Made by a program: the position numbers and the translations under genes. Source: Candidatus Poribacteria bacterium (lineage in GTDB: Bacteria; Poribacteria; WGA-4E; PCPOR2b). From it: 64,000 bases of DNA. The notes below the pieces were generated by a model, which had not been told where the DNA came from, ran no database searches, and worked only from the letters and a program-made list of their open reading frames with translations. Below are positions 30,801-39,907 of this stretch, in pieces; the first letter of the stretch is position 1, and each line of letters begins with the position of its first letter. The DNA is taken from positions 1,472,001 to 1,536,000 of the forward strand of contig OZ240245.1 of NCBI GenBank assembly GCA_965198175.1. The letters are read 5' to 3'.

Positions 30801-32295
30801 TGTCATCTCCAAGGGAACCGATCGCTTCCTTGACTTCAATAACCATCGGTTTTAAAAAGCGCTTCACATCCTCAATTGCGTATCCGAATGCTTTCTGTTG
30901 ACGGAGGAGAGTTTCAGGCTCTTCAATAGCTGTCTCGCCATTTTCGCTCTCAAGAGACTCTGGCTTTATCAGATTACGTTCCACCCATTGGGCGTACGGT
31001 TTTTTCTGGGCGACCTCCATTTTAATCTCCGCGTCCTTCAGAAGTTTTCCCTGTGCTGTATCCACTGCAATCATCTGTCCGGGACCTAAACGTCCTTTTT
31101 CTATCACTCGACTATCATCGAGCTCTATTAGTCCAACTTCTGAACCCATAATAACGATACCGTCCTCGGTCACTTTGTAGCGGGCCGGGCGCAATCCATT
31201 GCGATCTAAAGCTGCTCCGACAATCACCCCATCACTGAAAGCTACGGATGCGGGGCCATCCCACGGTTCACTGAGACAAGACAAGTATTCGTAGCAGCCT
31301 CGCAGCGTTGCATCCATACCAGGCATGTTCTCATACGCATCTGGAATTAGGCACATCGTCGCATGAAGGGGATTGCGTCCAGAGAGAGTTAAAAGTTCCA
31401 GGGCGTTGTCAAGGCTCATGGAATCACTGCCTTCAGGATCAATAATGGGTTTTAGTTTCTCCAATAGATTGCCCCATATCGGGGAATGAAGTTCCGGTTC
31501 CCGAGCGTGCATCCAATTGCGGTTTCCAAGCAGGGTGTTAATCTCCCCGTTGTGACCTAGCATGCGGAAAGGCTGTGCTAGAAACCAGTCAGGGAAAGTG
31601 TTGGTGCTGTAACGTTGATGAAAAATCGCCAGAGCTGTTTCAAATTCGGGGTCGCGTAAGTCTTGGTAAAATCGATCTAGTTGAGGCGCAACAAACAATC
31701 CTTTGTATACAACCGTGCGGTGGGAGAAGGATGGAATATAAAAATCTTGAATTCCCTTTTTCACTACATGGTGTTCAATTTCTTTACGTACCAGATAGAG
31801 GCGTTGTTCAAACATCTCATCTGTGAAACTACCTGGACGACCGACCAAGATCTGTTGAATTTCTGGCATGGTGGTCAGCGCTTTGTCACCGAGTATTGAG
31901 GCGTCTATCGGCACAGGACGCCAACCCAATAAAGGGAATTCATAGTAGGACAACAGCTCTTCGATAATGGTGCGACAACGCTCTTGAGCGGAAAGGTCAT
32001 GGCGAGGAAGAAAAATCATACCAACGGCCAAATCGCTGCTGGACGAAAGATGTACTCCTAGTTTTTCTAATTCTCTCCGAAACAGCTTTTCCGGGATTTG
32101 AGTCAGAACCCCAGCCCCATCGCCGGTCTTGGCATCAGCGTCAACCGCTCCTCGGTGCGTAAGATTAATCACTGATTGAATCGCTAGTCTGAGGATGGCG
32201 TGGCTGTGGTTGCCAGAAATGTTAGCGACAAACCCAACGCCGCATGAATCATGCTCAAATTGCGGGTCGTATAATCCTTTATACACATCTCTCAT
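27850..32295 (-). CDS. gltB: Glutamate synthase large subunit
   Basis: HDSCGVGF (Ntn Cys), HQRYSTNT, AQGSKPGEGG, CIVARQCHLNTC [3Fe-4S], GXGXG C-terminal domain. Alternative GTG start at 32307. Confidence 0.97.
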   Translation of the reverse strand: MRDVYKGLYDPQFEHDSCGVGFVANISGNHSHAILRLAIQSVINLTHRGAVDADAKTGDGAGVLTQIPEKLFRRELEKLGVHLSSSSDLAVGMIFLPRHDLSAQERCRTIIEELLSYYEFPLLGWRPVPIDASILGDKALTTMPEIQQILVGRPGSFTDEMFEQRLYLVRKEIEHHVVKKGIQDFYIPSFSHRTVVYKGLFVAPQLDRFYQDLRDPEFETALAIFHQRYSTNTFPDWFLAQPFRMLGHNGEINTLLGNRNWMHAREPELHSPIWGNLLEKLKPIIDPEGSDSMSLDNALELLTLSGRNPLHATMCLIPDAYENMPGMDATLRGCYEYLSCLSEPWDGPASVAFSDGVIVGAALDRNGLRPARYKVTEDGIVIMGSEVGLIELDDSRVIEKGRLGPGQMIAVDTAQGKLLKDAEIKMEVAQKKPYAQWVERNLIKPESLESENGETAIEEPETLLRQQKAFGYAIEDVKRFLKPMVIEVKEAIGSLGDDTPPAVISRKSRLLYSYFKQLFAQVTNPPIDSLRERLVMSLSTYLGRRRSLLEETEAHTRLIQLSSPILTREQLQWLRNFDARDFQATTLSTLFPVEMGKEGLEKTLTELCQTAASTVDSGVTILILSDRDVNAEHAPIPMLLAVGAVHHHLIREGKRMQASLVVETGEPREEHHYALLLGYGANAINPYVAFETIAHLVSIGEIEGIPLEEALANYRQTVEKGILKIMSKMGISTVSSYRGAQIFQAIGLNSNVINTCFTGTVSPLGGIGFTDIAMEVLHFHTKAFGLNSKDSLEESGAFRFRRTGEFHAFNPSVFKALHRLAESGEYEDYKTYAEAVEKGEQSSLRELLTFKEGKPIPVEEVDSIESILQRFSTGSMSFGALSREAHETIAIGMNRIGAKSGSGEGGEDSARYHRRSNGDLASSAIKQVASGRFGVTPEYLTSAKEIEIKMAQGSKPGEGGQIPGHKVTAEIAAIRHSTPGVPLISPPPHHDIYSIEDLAQLIYDLKHANPRAKIAVKLVSEAGVGTIAAGVAKGYADVIQISGHEGGTGASPLSSIKNAGVPWELGLAETQETLVRNDLRGRVVLRVDGGFRTGRDVVVAAMLGAEEYGFGTTAMVATGCIVARQCHLNTCPVGVATQDPSLRAKFRGTPEMVINFMVGVAQEVREILAQLGFRSLKEVTGCPEFLEQVDLSDHPKAATLNLSPILAQSDPTGNRPRRHMRERNNRLEDSHLDDLILQDAKDALTGENPITLSYEIRNIHRTVGTTVAGEIAFRYGDQGLPDGTIECYFRGSAGQSFGAFCIKGMRLILTGEANDYVGKGMAGAELVIKPPANARFRSHENVIIGNTVMYGATSGFLYAAGQAGERFCVRNSGGCAVVEGVGDHACEYMTGGVVIILGETGRNLGAGMTGGSAYVLDEKQNLPENHNPQSVKLEPVTDNKDITVLVTEIERHAELTGSKRAKEILSNWDTYLPIFRKVSPM

Positions 32296-32537
32296 CCTAA
32301 ACACCACCTTGCTAACCAGTTCAATTTACAAGCAGGAGGAGCTCTCGCTGCTAATGATTCGAAAGCCGACCAATTTTTAAATTCTAGCGTCTATTTTAAT
32401 TGATAGCCTTCAACCTGAAGGCTAAAGAGCGTCTCAGGTGACTGCTACTCTTAGCCCTATTCTTTGAGGCAAGGTTGAAACAGCCATTGGCAAGTTATGC
32501 TGAAAAAGAGAACCGATATGTCATTGTGTTTCCGCAC

Positions 32538-32623
32538 GTCATTCTGAGCGACAACGAAGAATTTCGGACGCCAAAGGTTCTTCGTAACTTTAATCTCAAT
32601 ACTTGAGTGGGACTCAAGGTGAC
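32538..32623. repeat. Degenerate palindromic REP/MITE-like element
   Basis: GTCATTCTGAG..CGAAGAATT ... GGTTCTTCG..CTCAAGGTGAC nested inverted repeats. Confidence 0.5.
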
Positions 32624-32858
32624 AAATCTATACCCATGCCGATTTATACCCAGAATGGACTTCTGCTAACGTATTTTATTATTTGGATAAGGGAACCGCA
32701 TGTCTCACAATCCCCTGGGGGAAGTGTTTCCTGCGGCGCATGAAGGCTAGGGAGAAAGGGGAGGCCATCTCGCAGGAAGGGAAGACCATCTTACGGGAAT
32801 ACTGCAAGCTATTCACAGATTGTTGTTTTCGTGGAATCATCCCACACATACAAAATAA

Positions 32859-32887
32859 ATGATACATCAGATTGATTCCGATGTCAA
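32859..32887 (-). promoter_or_regulatory. sigma70 promoter upstream of gltB
   Basis: TTGACA-17 nt-TATCAT on - strand. Confidence 0.6.
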
Positions 32888-33165
32888 GAAAATTTGATTA
32901 CGGCAGATATTGGATCGTGGGTTTTGAAAGTAGTGGTTAATACAGCAGCTTGACTGTTGCAATCATCCCATCGGAGACTCCATACTCTCATCATTGAGAT
33001 TTCACACGGATTACCCCGTGATGATTTGTGTTAGAATTCATCAAGTCAAATAGAAAATAGGCATTATCACACTGCCCTAATTCGGTACGATTGTGTCACT
33101 ATAGCTCATCGCGAAGGCAAAATCAATTGAAAAAACGAGGGTATGATTGCTTGTTCTTTTTTGGT

Positions 33166-33195
33166 TTGACAGAAAGAGCGGTTAAGTGATATGAT
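33166..33195 (+). promoter_or_regulatory. sigma70 promoter upstream of the crystallin-flotillin cluster
   Basis: TTGACA-18 nt-TATGAT with extended TG. Confidence 0.55.
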
Positions 33196-33460
33196 AATAC
33201 TTTAAATCTGAAATTGATTTCTAATTCTTAATATATAACTGCGGGGAACGCTTGCTAGTTGTCATGCCCATCTCATTTTTGAGGTATTCCAACATCCGGC
33301 AAAAACGAAGTGATGAAACAGGTGAACGGGGATTGGAGGGAGAGTTTCAGCGTGCAACACTATGGTCTATACCTAATAGCGTAGCGAGGGATGTCGATTG
33401 TCAGCAAATATCTAATGTGCGGCATCCAGCCTCAAACACTAGTGATTTGGAGGATACGAA

Positions 33461-34876
33461 ATGGCACTCACGCCCCGATTAGTTGTTGAAGTTTTTGAGC
33501 ATGTAAACTTTCAGGGACGCAAAGCCACAATTATTAATTCTGTATCAAATTCGGAAGACGTTGGTGTCCACGATGTCATTTCCTCAATCCGAATCTATAA
33601 GGGACCCGGTTTCAATGCATCTCCCAACTACAAAGCGATTTTCCATGAGATCGCCAATTACCAAGGGCGAAGATTGGTTCTTGGACCAGGATTCTATCCA
33701 AACATCCACGATATTCCTTACAACTTCGGGGACATTATCTCTTCCGTCAGTTTTAGTCCTGCTGCCAATCCGACCCCGCCAGATTATGGTGCGATTCCGG
33801 TCATAATTGAGACATTCCAAGATCTTGACTTTCATGGCCAAACAAGCATAATTATGCGGGATGTCAGCGATCTCCGAGAAATTGGAATGGACAATGCCAT
33901 TTCGTCTTCGCGGATTCAGCGCGGTCCTAACTTTCCTTTCAGTGGCTGTCATGTGGTTTTTTACGACCAACCCAATTTTGAAGGGCGGCGGATGAACATT
34001 CAGTTAACCTCACGCGAATTCCGGGTAAGTATTCGGAATCTCCACGAGGCGCCTCAATCATTTTCGGATATGATTTCCTCCGTGAAAATTGTTCCGCTCG
34101 GCGCCTTTCGTGTTCTTGTCGTCGTTGGCTATCGCACCACCCCGGAACCGTCTATTTTAGAATCGCTCACTAAAATTGAAGGACACGAATTCCAATATAA
34201 AATAATCAATATTAATCCTAACCCCGATAACTTTGGAGATGCAAACACCGCCGTCAAACTTTCTAGTGAAGTTCTCTCCGAATACGACATTATATGGTTC
34301 ACATGGTTTGCGGCGGCACACGATCAAGAATACTTTGTGGAAGACGCCGAGGAGGCGATTAAAGATTTTGTAAGGAAGGGCGGGATTGTTTGGGCTTCAT
34401 CCATGGACAACAACATTGTTCCACCTGATGGCGTATATACTCACGAACCAATGTGGCGTGGAGATTGGCTACCCGTGGATCGGCATCCGATTCGTATCGT
34501 CAATTCGGATGATGTGAATATCAACATAACACCCGAAGGACAGAGAACAGGGTTGTTCACGTGGCCCCATCAGGTCGATGTAAATGCGTTGGTAACCGAC
34601 GATCACTGGGTTACAGATGATTCCGCATATACCCGATTGGCAGTGCGTAGTGACAATGACGAAATTGTGAGTTTTCAATTGCGATGGGGCGATGGGTATT
34701 ATATCACTTTTGCGGTAGATACCCGCGATGCACGGCGAGCGTCCCTCGCAAAAACGTTGATTGAAAATGCCCTTTGCTATCTGGCGAGTCTTGCGTGGCA
34801 ATCCTCACCTCGACAACCGCTCAAAGGGCGGCACCGAGCCCCTTCGAGTACTGAGTGGCACGGACAAAATAGATAA
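33461..34876 (+). CDS. Beta/gamma-crystallin domain protein fused to a class I glutamine-amidotransferase-like domain
   Basis: Four Greek-key motifs (FEHVNFQG..DVISS, HEIANYQG..DIISS, FQDLDFHG..DNAISS, YDQPNFEG..DMISS); LSEYDIIWF..IKDFVRKGGIVW; GGAGG RBS. Confidence 0.85.
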   Translation: MALTPRLVVEVFEHVNFQGRKATIINSVSNSEDVGVHDVISSIRIYKGPGFNASPNYKAIFHEIANYQGRRLVLGPGFYPNIHDIPYNFGDIISSVSFSPAANPTPPDYGAIPVIIETFQDLDFHGQTSIIMRDVSDLREIGMDNAISSSRIQRGPNFPFSGCHVVFYDQPNFEGRRMNIQLTSREFRVSIRNLHEAPQSFSDMISSVKIVPLGAFRVLVVVGYRTTPEPSILESLTKIEGHEFQYKIININPNPDNFGDANTAVKLSSEVLSEYDIIWFTWFAAAHDQEYFVEDAEEAIKDFVRKGGIVWASSMDNNIVPPDGVYTHEPMWRGDWLPVDRHPIRIVNSDDVNINITPEGQRTGLFTWPHQVDVNALVTDDHWVTDDSAYTRLAVRSDNDEIVSFQLRWGDGYYITFAVDTRDARRASLAKTLIENALCYLASLAWQSSPRQPLKGRHRAPSSTEWHGQNR

Positions 34877-35002
34877 TGTGCAAAGCGCAAAACGTGACAC
34901 CTATAGGAAGGAATATTCGTCCACCTTTCTCGTTTTCCCAATATCCCGTTTTTTGTTTTCTTCGTTTCCACCTTTGAACCCTCCACGCTATAGGAGAAGT
35001 TG

Positions 35003-37273
35003 ATGCGTTTGATCGGTGTCATCGTAATCACAGTCGTGGTTGCGATAGTCGTTGGAATCTTGGTTAACGAGCAACTAGCTGATGCTATACAAGGGTTGTT
35101 CCGCTGGTTGATGATTACAGGCGTCATTATCCTTGCAATCCTCGTTGCCTTTATTGGCTCTGTCATTCGTTACAGAAAACCGAAATCTGATATTGCTCTG
35201 GTTCGGACCGGTGGTCGCCGCGAGAAAATTACAATCACCGGCGGTATGTGGATCAACACCATTATCCACGAAGTCAAGGAAATTTCACTGAATACGATGC
35301 GCATTGAAGTCGTGCGGGAAGCGCAAGAGGCGTTGATTACCGTCGACTTGAACCGAGCAGATACCGAGGCAGTATTCTATCTCAAAGTGGAACCGATAGC
35401 GGATGAAATCTTAAGGGCAGCTCAAGCGCTCGGCGATAAATCGATGACGCCGGAGACCGTACGCGAACTCATTGAGCCGAAGCTCGAAGGCGGATTAAGA
35501 AGCGTGGCTGCCGAAACCGAAATCCAGGATTTGTTGCAAAAACGACAGGAGTTTGCGGACAACGTCCAAAGAGCGGTTGGCTTAGATTTGAAAACTCAAA
35601 ACGGACTTACACTTGAGACTGTCTCAATTATCCGTATCGACCAAACCCCAGTTGGAACGCTGGATACGGAGAACCGTTTTGATGCGGTCGGTATTCGCAC
35701 AATTACCGAAATTACGGCGGATCAGGCAAGGGAAAAAGAACGCATTGTTCAGGAGAAAGAGGTTGCGATTGTCCGAATTGATGTTGATGCACGCATCCAA
35801 AAGCTCGAAGCGGAGCAGGCACAGGCTTTGGCAGAATCCGATCAACAGCGGAACATTGCCATCTACGCGGCGGAAAGAGAAGCCGATACCCTCAAATTCC
35901 AATTCGAAATGGAACAGGGTGTTCAAGAGCGTGAGTACGAGATGAAGCAGGAGGTTGAAAGAGCGCGGATTACTCAGGAACAGGTGGTTCAAGAGCGGGA
36001 AATCGAGATGAACAGGGAAGTGGAACTCGTCCGTGTAGAACAGGAGCAGGTGGTCGCGGAGCGAGAAATCGAGATGAACCTCATAGTTGAAACGAAGCAG
36101 ATTGGGCAGTCCAAAGCTGTGGAACTCGCTGAGATTGAGCGAATTCTGACTGTTGAAGTGCAGAGGATTGAACAGGAAGAAACGGTAGCCATCCGAGAAT
36201 TTGAGAAAACACTAGCAATCGAGAAGGCGCGCATCGCTCAAGAAGAGGGTGTTGAGTTGAGAGACATTGAGCGGACGTTAGTGGTAGAAACCTCGCAGAT
36301 TGCACAAGAGCAACAAGTACAACTGCGTGAGATTGAGAAGAACCTTTTAGTTGAAACCGCTCAAATCAACCAGACCCGTCAGGTCGAACTGGCGGAAATT
36401 GAGAAGACGCAGGCGGTGCAAGAGCGTGAGATGGAGAAGACTCTCTTCGTCGAAAGGGCACGAATCGCGCAAGAAGAAGGCGTTGCGTTGAGAGACATCG
36501 AGCGTATATTGGCAGTGGAGACCTCACTATTTGCGCAAGAGCAACAGGTGCAGCAACGTGAAATTGAAAAGAACCTGGTGGTTGAAACCGCACAGATTGG
36601 CCAGGCCCGTCAAGTCGAACTTGCGGAGATTCACAAAATCTTGACGGTCGAGCAGGCGCGAATCAGTCAGGAACTGACTGTCACGCTGAGAGATGAAGAT
36701 CGGAAAATCGATGTCGCCCACAGGCAGCAGGTCACAGCGTTGGCGGAACGAGACAAATTATTGGCACAAGCGGAGGAAGTGGGAGCGCAAGTCACAGTTG
36801 CAGCAACCCAGCAGGTTGGAGAGGCTGAATGGCAGCGTGATGTTGCCGTAATTGGTGCAGAAGCACAGGCACAGCCGATTGAACGCCTCGCAGATGCGGT
36901 CCTCGCTGAAGCAAGGGCAAAGGCACAGGGTGAGATGGCACACTTAGAGGCGCGAAATGTTGCCGAGCAACGTGTCCTCGTTCAGGAAGCGATTCTGGAT
37001 CTCATCGAAACATCACCTGAACTTGTTGAGAGACTCATGAAGCCAGTTGAGCAGATCGATAGCATTAAGATTCTCGACATGGGTGGCAGTGACAATCAGG
37101 GCGGCGTCAACCGTAGTAACATGGGGCGTCTTGCAAACACGTTGCTTGACACCGGTGCAATTTCACCGATGTTGAAAGAATTGTTCAATTTTGCCGATGT
37201 TGATGCTCAACAAGTTGCGGATAAAATCGCTCAATATCTTGCCGAACTGGTGAATCGTCCTAGCGATTCTTAG
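35003..37273 (+). CDS. SPFH/flotillin family protein with extended 11/22-residue repeat coiled coil
   Basis: Two N-terminal TMs; ALVRTG..ALITVDLNRAD..RAAQALG..NGLTLETVSI..NRFDAVG; C-terminal KPVEQIDSIKILD. Confidence 0.92.
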   Translation: MRLIGVIVITVVVAIVVGILVNEQLADAIQGLFRWLMITGVIILAILVAFIGSVIRYRKPKSDIALVRTGGRREKITITGGMWINTIIHEVKEISLNTMRIEVVREAQEALITVDLNRADTEAVFYLKVEPIADEILRAAQALGDKSMTPETVRELIEPKLEGGLRSVAAETEIQDLLQKRQEFADNVQRAVGLDLKTQNGLTLETVSIIRIDQTPVGTLDTENRFDAVGIRTITEITADQAREKERIVQEKEVAIVRIDVDARIQKLEAEQAQALAESDQQRNIAIYAAEREADTLKFQFEMEQGVQEREYEMKQEVERARITQEQVVQEREIEMNREVELVRVEQEQVVAEREIEMNLIVETKQIGQSKAVELAEIERILTVEVQRIEQEETVAIREFEKTLAIEKARIAQEEGVELRDIERTLVVETSQIAQEQQVQLREIEKNLLVETAQINQTRQVELAEIEKTQAVQEREMEKTLFVERARIAQEEGVALRDIERILAVETSLFAQEQQVQQREIEKNLVVETAQIGQARQVELAEIHKILTVEQARISQELTVTLRDEDRKIDVAHRQQVTALAERDKLLAQAEEVGAQVTVAATQQVGEAEWQRDVAVIGAEAQAQPIERLADAVLAEARAKAQGEMAHLEARNVAEQRVLVQEAILDLIETSPELVERLMKPVEQIDSIKILDMGGSDNQGGVNRSNMGRLANTLLDTGAISPMLKELFNFADVDAQQVADKIAQYLAELVNRPSDS

Positions 37274-37406
37274 CTAGACTTAGCACGGTCGGAAATTGTG
37301 TTGTCCGCCCAATAATTCAATTCTAGTGATGGCAGTAGATTTGTCCCTCGAAAATGTTATTTGAAGTTGCAGCCCGGGTAGTAGCGTATGAAAATGAGGT
37401 CCTCGG

Positions 37407-38708
37407 ATGGCGCGGTTTAATCCTTTTGGGCTACAATGGAGACGACCCAAAAAGAATCGTTGTCGCACCTGCCGAACGGATAATGGCAAGCGCGTATGTC
37501 CTGCGTTAAGTGGAGTATTGATCTGTCCAGCGTGTTGTCAAGCAAAACGCGCAAAAATTCCAGGATGTGATGAACGCTGTCGTTATTACACGCCTCTAAT
37601 TCGCGAAAGCAAAATACACCCGCCGCCCAACTATCCCGTCTATAAATGCTTAATCAGTAACTCAAAAAACACTGGTATGTTGAGCGTTATTGTTGCACGG
37701 GAGCGACCTGATGGTAATTTGAAGACGATGTTTCTGCTGCTCGATCTGTGGAAAAGGGGCATCCGAGACTGTTTTGTCGATGCCAATCTGCCCAAGGCTG
37801 ACCTCGATCGGTATTGTGAGAAACTGGGTAAATCTTATCGCCTTGCCGAGCACCTGCCAGAAAATGAGATTGAAGCGGAGGAGAATTCAATTGATTTGCC
37901 CCAAAATACCATCGTTGTCGAAGCAGAATCTGCTATGCAGATGGACGATGGGGTAAGAATTGTTGAGATGGATGGTGCATCGGCTGGAAAAGCAATTGAC
38001 AGCGCAATTGGTGCGCGAGCAGTGCATGAAATTAACATACCGAAAGCGGGCAGATGGTACGTATGGATTCGCGGATTCTTTCCGGAACGCGCTAAGGATT
38101 CGTATTGGATTGGGCTGGACAATGCCGAGCCCCATCCATGGGATAGAGCTGGAGGACCTGGCGCAATAAAAATATACGCCGAACAGGGCGATTCAGCCAG
38201 TCAAACGGATTCAGCCTGGGGCGTCTGGTATTGGGATTCCGGTGTGAAGAGCGAGTCGGTCCCTAATTGCTTTTTTGATGTGAAGGACCGCGGGAAACAC
38301 AGATTGTGGTCCAAAGGTCGAGAACCTGGATCTATATTAGATCAAATATTGTTGACGATGGACGAGAAGTTTAACCCTGAAGAGGCATCCGCAGGAGAGG
38401 CAATTCCAGTTCCAATAACCGCATCTTCATTTGAGCCGATTCGGTTTGCCGAATGCCAAGCACTTATCCGCTACGCGCTGGATATGGCGACAGAAATACA
38501 AACAGAAATTCCATGGGAATTCGACTACTGGCGTAGCATTGTGGGCGATCTCTCTAATGTGCCTACAATGGAAGGGTCGCTTTACAAGTGTCCCAAGTGT
38601 GGCGAGGATTTACCTGAGCCTGCCGTTGATTTGATGAAAGAGCATGCCCAGTCGGACGATATTCAGTTTTATATTCTCTGTCGAAAATGCGGCGGGGAAT
38701 TTGATTGA
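37407..38708 (+). CDS. Cys-rich Zn-binding protein with inserted CBM-like jelly-roll domain
   Basis: N-terminal CRTC/CP/CPAC/C..C; C-terminal CPKC..CRKC; central IVVEAES..AGRWYVWIRG..DSYWI..REPGSILDQILLT. Confidence 0.7.
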   Translation: MARFNPFGLQWRRPKKNRCRTCRTDNGKRVCPALSGVLICPACCQAKRAKIPGCDERCRYYTPLIRESKIHPPPNYPVYKCLISNSKNTGMLSVIVARERPDGNLKTMFLLLDLWKRGIRDCFVDANLPKADLDRYCEKLGKSYRLAEHLPENEIEAEENSIDLPQNTIVVEAESAMQMDDGVRIVEMDGASAGKAIDSAIGARAVHEINIPKAGRWYVWIRGFFPERAKDSYWIGLDNAEPHPWDRAGGPGAIKIYAEQGDSASQTDSAWGVWYWDSGVKSESVPNCFFDVKDRGKHRLWSKGREPGSILDQILLTMDEKFNPEEASAGEAIPVPITASSFEPIRFAECQALIRYALDMATEIQTEIPWEFDYWRSIVGDLSNVPTMEGSLYKCPKCGEDLPEPAVDLMKEHAQSDDIQFYILCRKCGGEFD

Positions 38709-38882
38709 ACGTCAATCCGCAAACCCCGATCTGAAATTGTCAGAGGAGGTATTTTTTGTTGCAAAGGATCGGGTTCTGATATATAATTATGTATGGTGCG
38801 TGTCAAATTTGGACATGTAAATTTTTTTTGCTTACAGTTTGTGATATTTTTCACAAACTCCGTCTGAGAGGCTTTAAAATAC

Positions 38883-39272
38883 ATGGATCTTGATTTTGCC
38901 AATGTATTAATTTTCCTGGTTGTTGGGTGTGTGTTTGTCCTCCTTAACCTGACCGTTTCCCGCCTACTTCAAACCCGACTTTTCACCGAAGAAAAATATA
39001 TGCCATACGAATGTGGTGAGGATCCGGTTGGTGACACCCGTATCAAATTTAACGCCCGGTTCTACATCATCGCCCTCATTTTCTTGATTTTTGATGTTGA
39101 AATTGTGTTTCTATTTCCTTGGGGGGTCGTCTTTCGTGAAATCGGTGTTCTAGCATTTGTCGAAATGGTAATTTTCATTGGCATTTTGTTGGTTGGACTC
39201 GCTTATGTGTGGGTCAAGGGCGATCTTGAGTGGATTCGTTCGATTCAGTCAGCAAGTAAGGAGAGTGAATAA
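38883..39272 (+). CDS. nuoA: NADH-quinone oxidoreductase subunit A
   Basis: [22 protein letters not shown]. Confidence 0.96.
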   Translation: MDLDFANVLIFLVVGCVFVLLNLTVSRLLQTRLFTEEKYMPYECGEDPVGDTRIKFNARFYIIALIFLIFDVEIVFLFPWGVVFREIGVLAFVEMVIFIGILLVGLAYVWVKGDLEWIRSIQSASKESE

Positions 39273-39274
39273 CG

Positions 39275-39883
39275 ATGATTATCGAAGAAAGACTCGACAA
39301 GAATGCTATCGTGACATCGGTCGATGCAATTGCGAATTGGGCGCGAGCATCTTCACTCTGGCCCATGACTTTCGGGCTTGCCTGCTGCGCGATCGAGTTT
39401 ATGGCGACTGCTGCTTCTAATTACGATCTCGATCGCTTTGGCGCAGGTGTACCTCGTGCCACACCCCGTCAATCCGATCTCATAGTTGTTTCAGGCACTG
39501 TCACGTTGAAGATGGCGACGCGAATCAAACGTCTCTATGAACAGATGCCTGAACCGAAATATGTCATTTCTATGGGGAGTTGTGCCACAAGCGGCGGTCC
39601 GTATTGGCAGCATGGTTACCATGTCCTGAAGGGGGTGGATCGCATTATTCCTGTCGACGTTTATGTGCCGGGATGTCCGCCTCGACCTGAAGCGGTTCTC
39701 GAAGGGTTGATGAAGCTACAAGAAAAGATCAAAACGCAGACAGTCGCAAAACGTCGCAATATGCCTTTTTTGAGAAAACTTTTTACCAAGACAGAGTTGG
39801 CGAACAATGAAGCAGCGATGGAAGAAGCAAAAGCACACCTCGCGGAGCATGAGGAATCTGAACGCGACGAGGCTGCAGACTAA
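39275..39883 (+). CDS. nuoB: NADH-quinone oxidoreductase subunit B
   Basis: [24 protein letters not shown]. Confidence 0.97.
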   Translation: MIIEERLDKNAIVTSVDAIANWARASSLWPMTFGLACCAIEFMATAASNYDLDRFGAGVPRATPRQSDLIVVSGTVTLKMATRIKRLYEQMPEPKYVISMGSCATSGGPYWQHGYHVLKGVDRIIPVDVYVPGCPPRPEAVLEGLMKLQEKIKTQTVAKRRNMPFLRKLFTKTELANNEAAMEEAKAHLAEHEESERDEAAD

Positions 39884-39907
39884 AGAAATAAGGAGAGTTC
39901 CTTTTCT

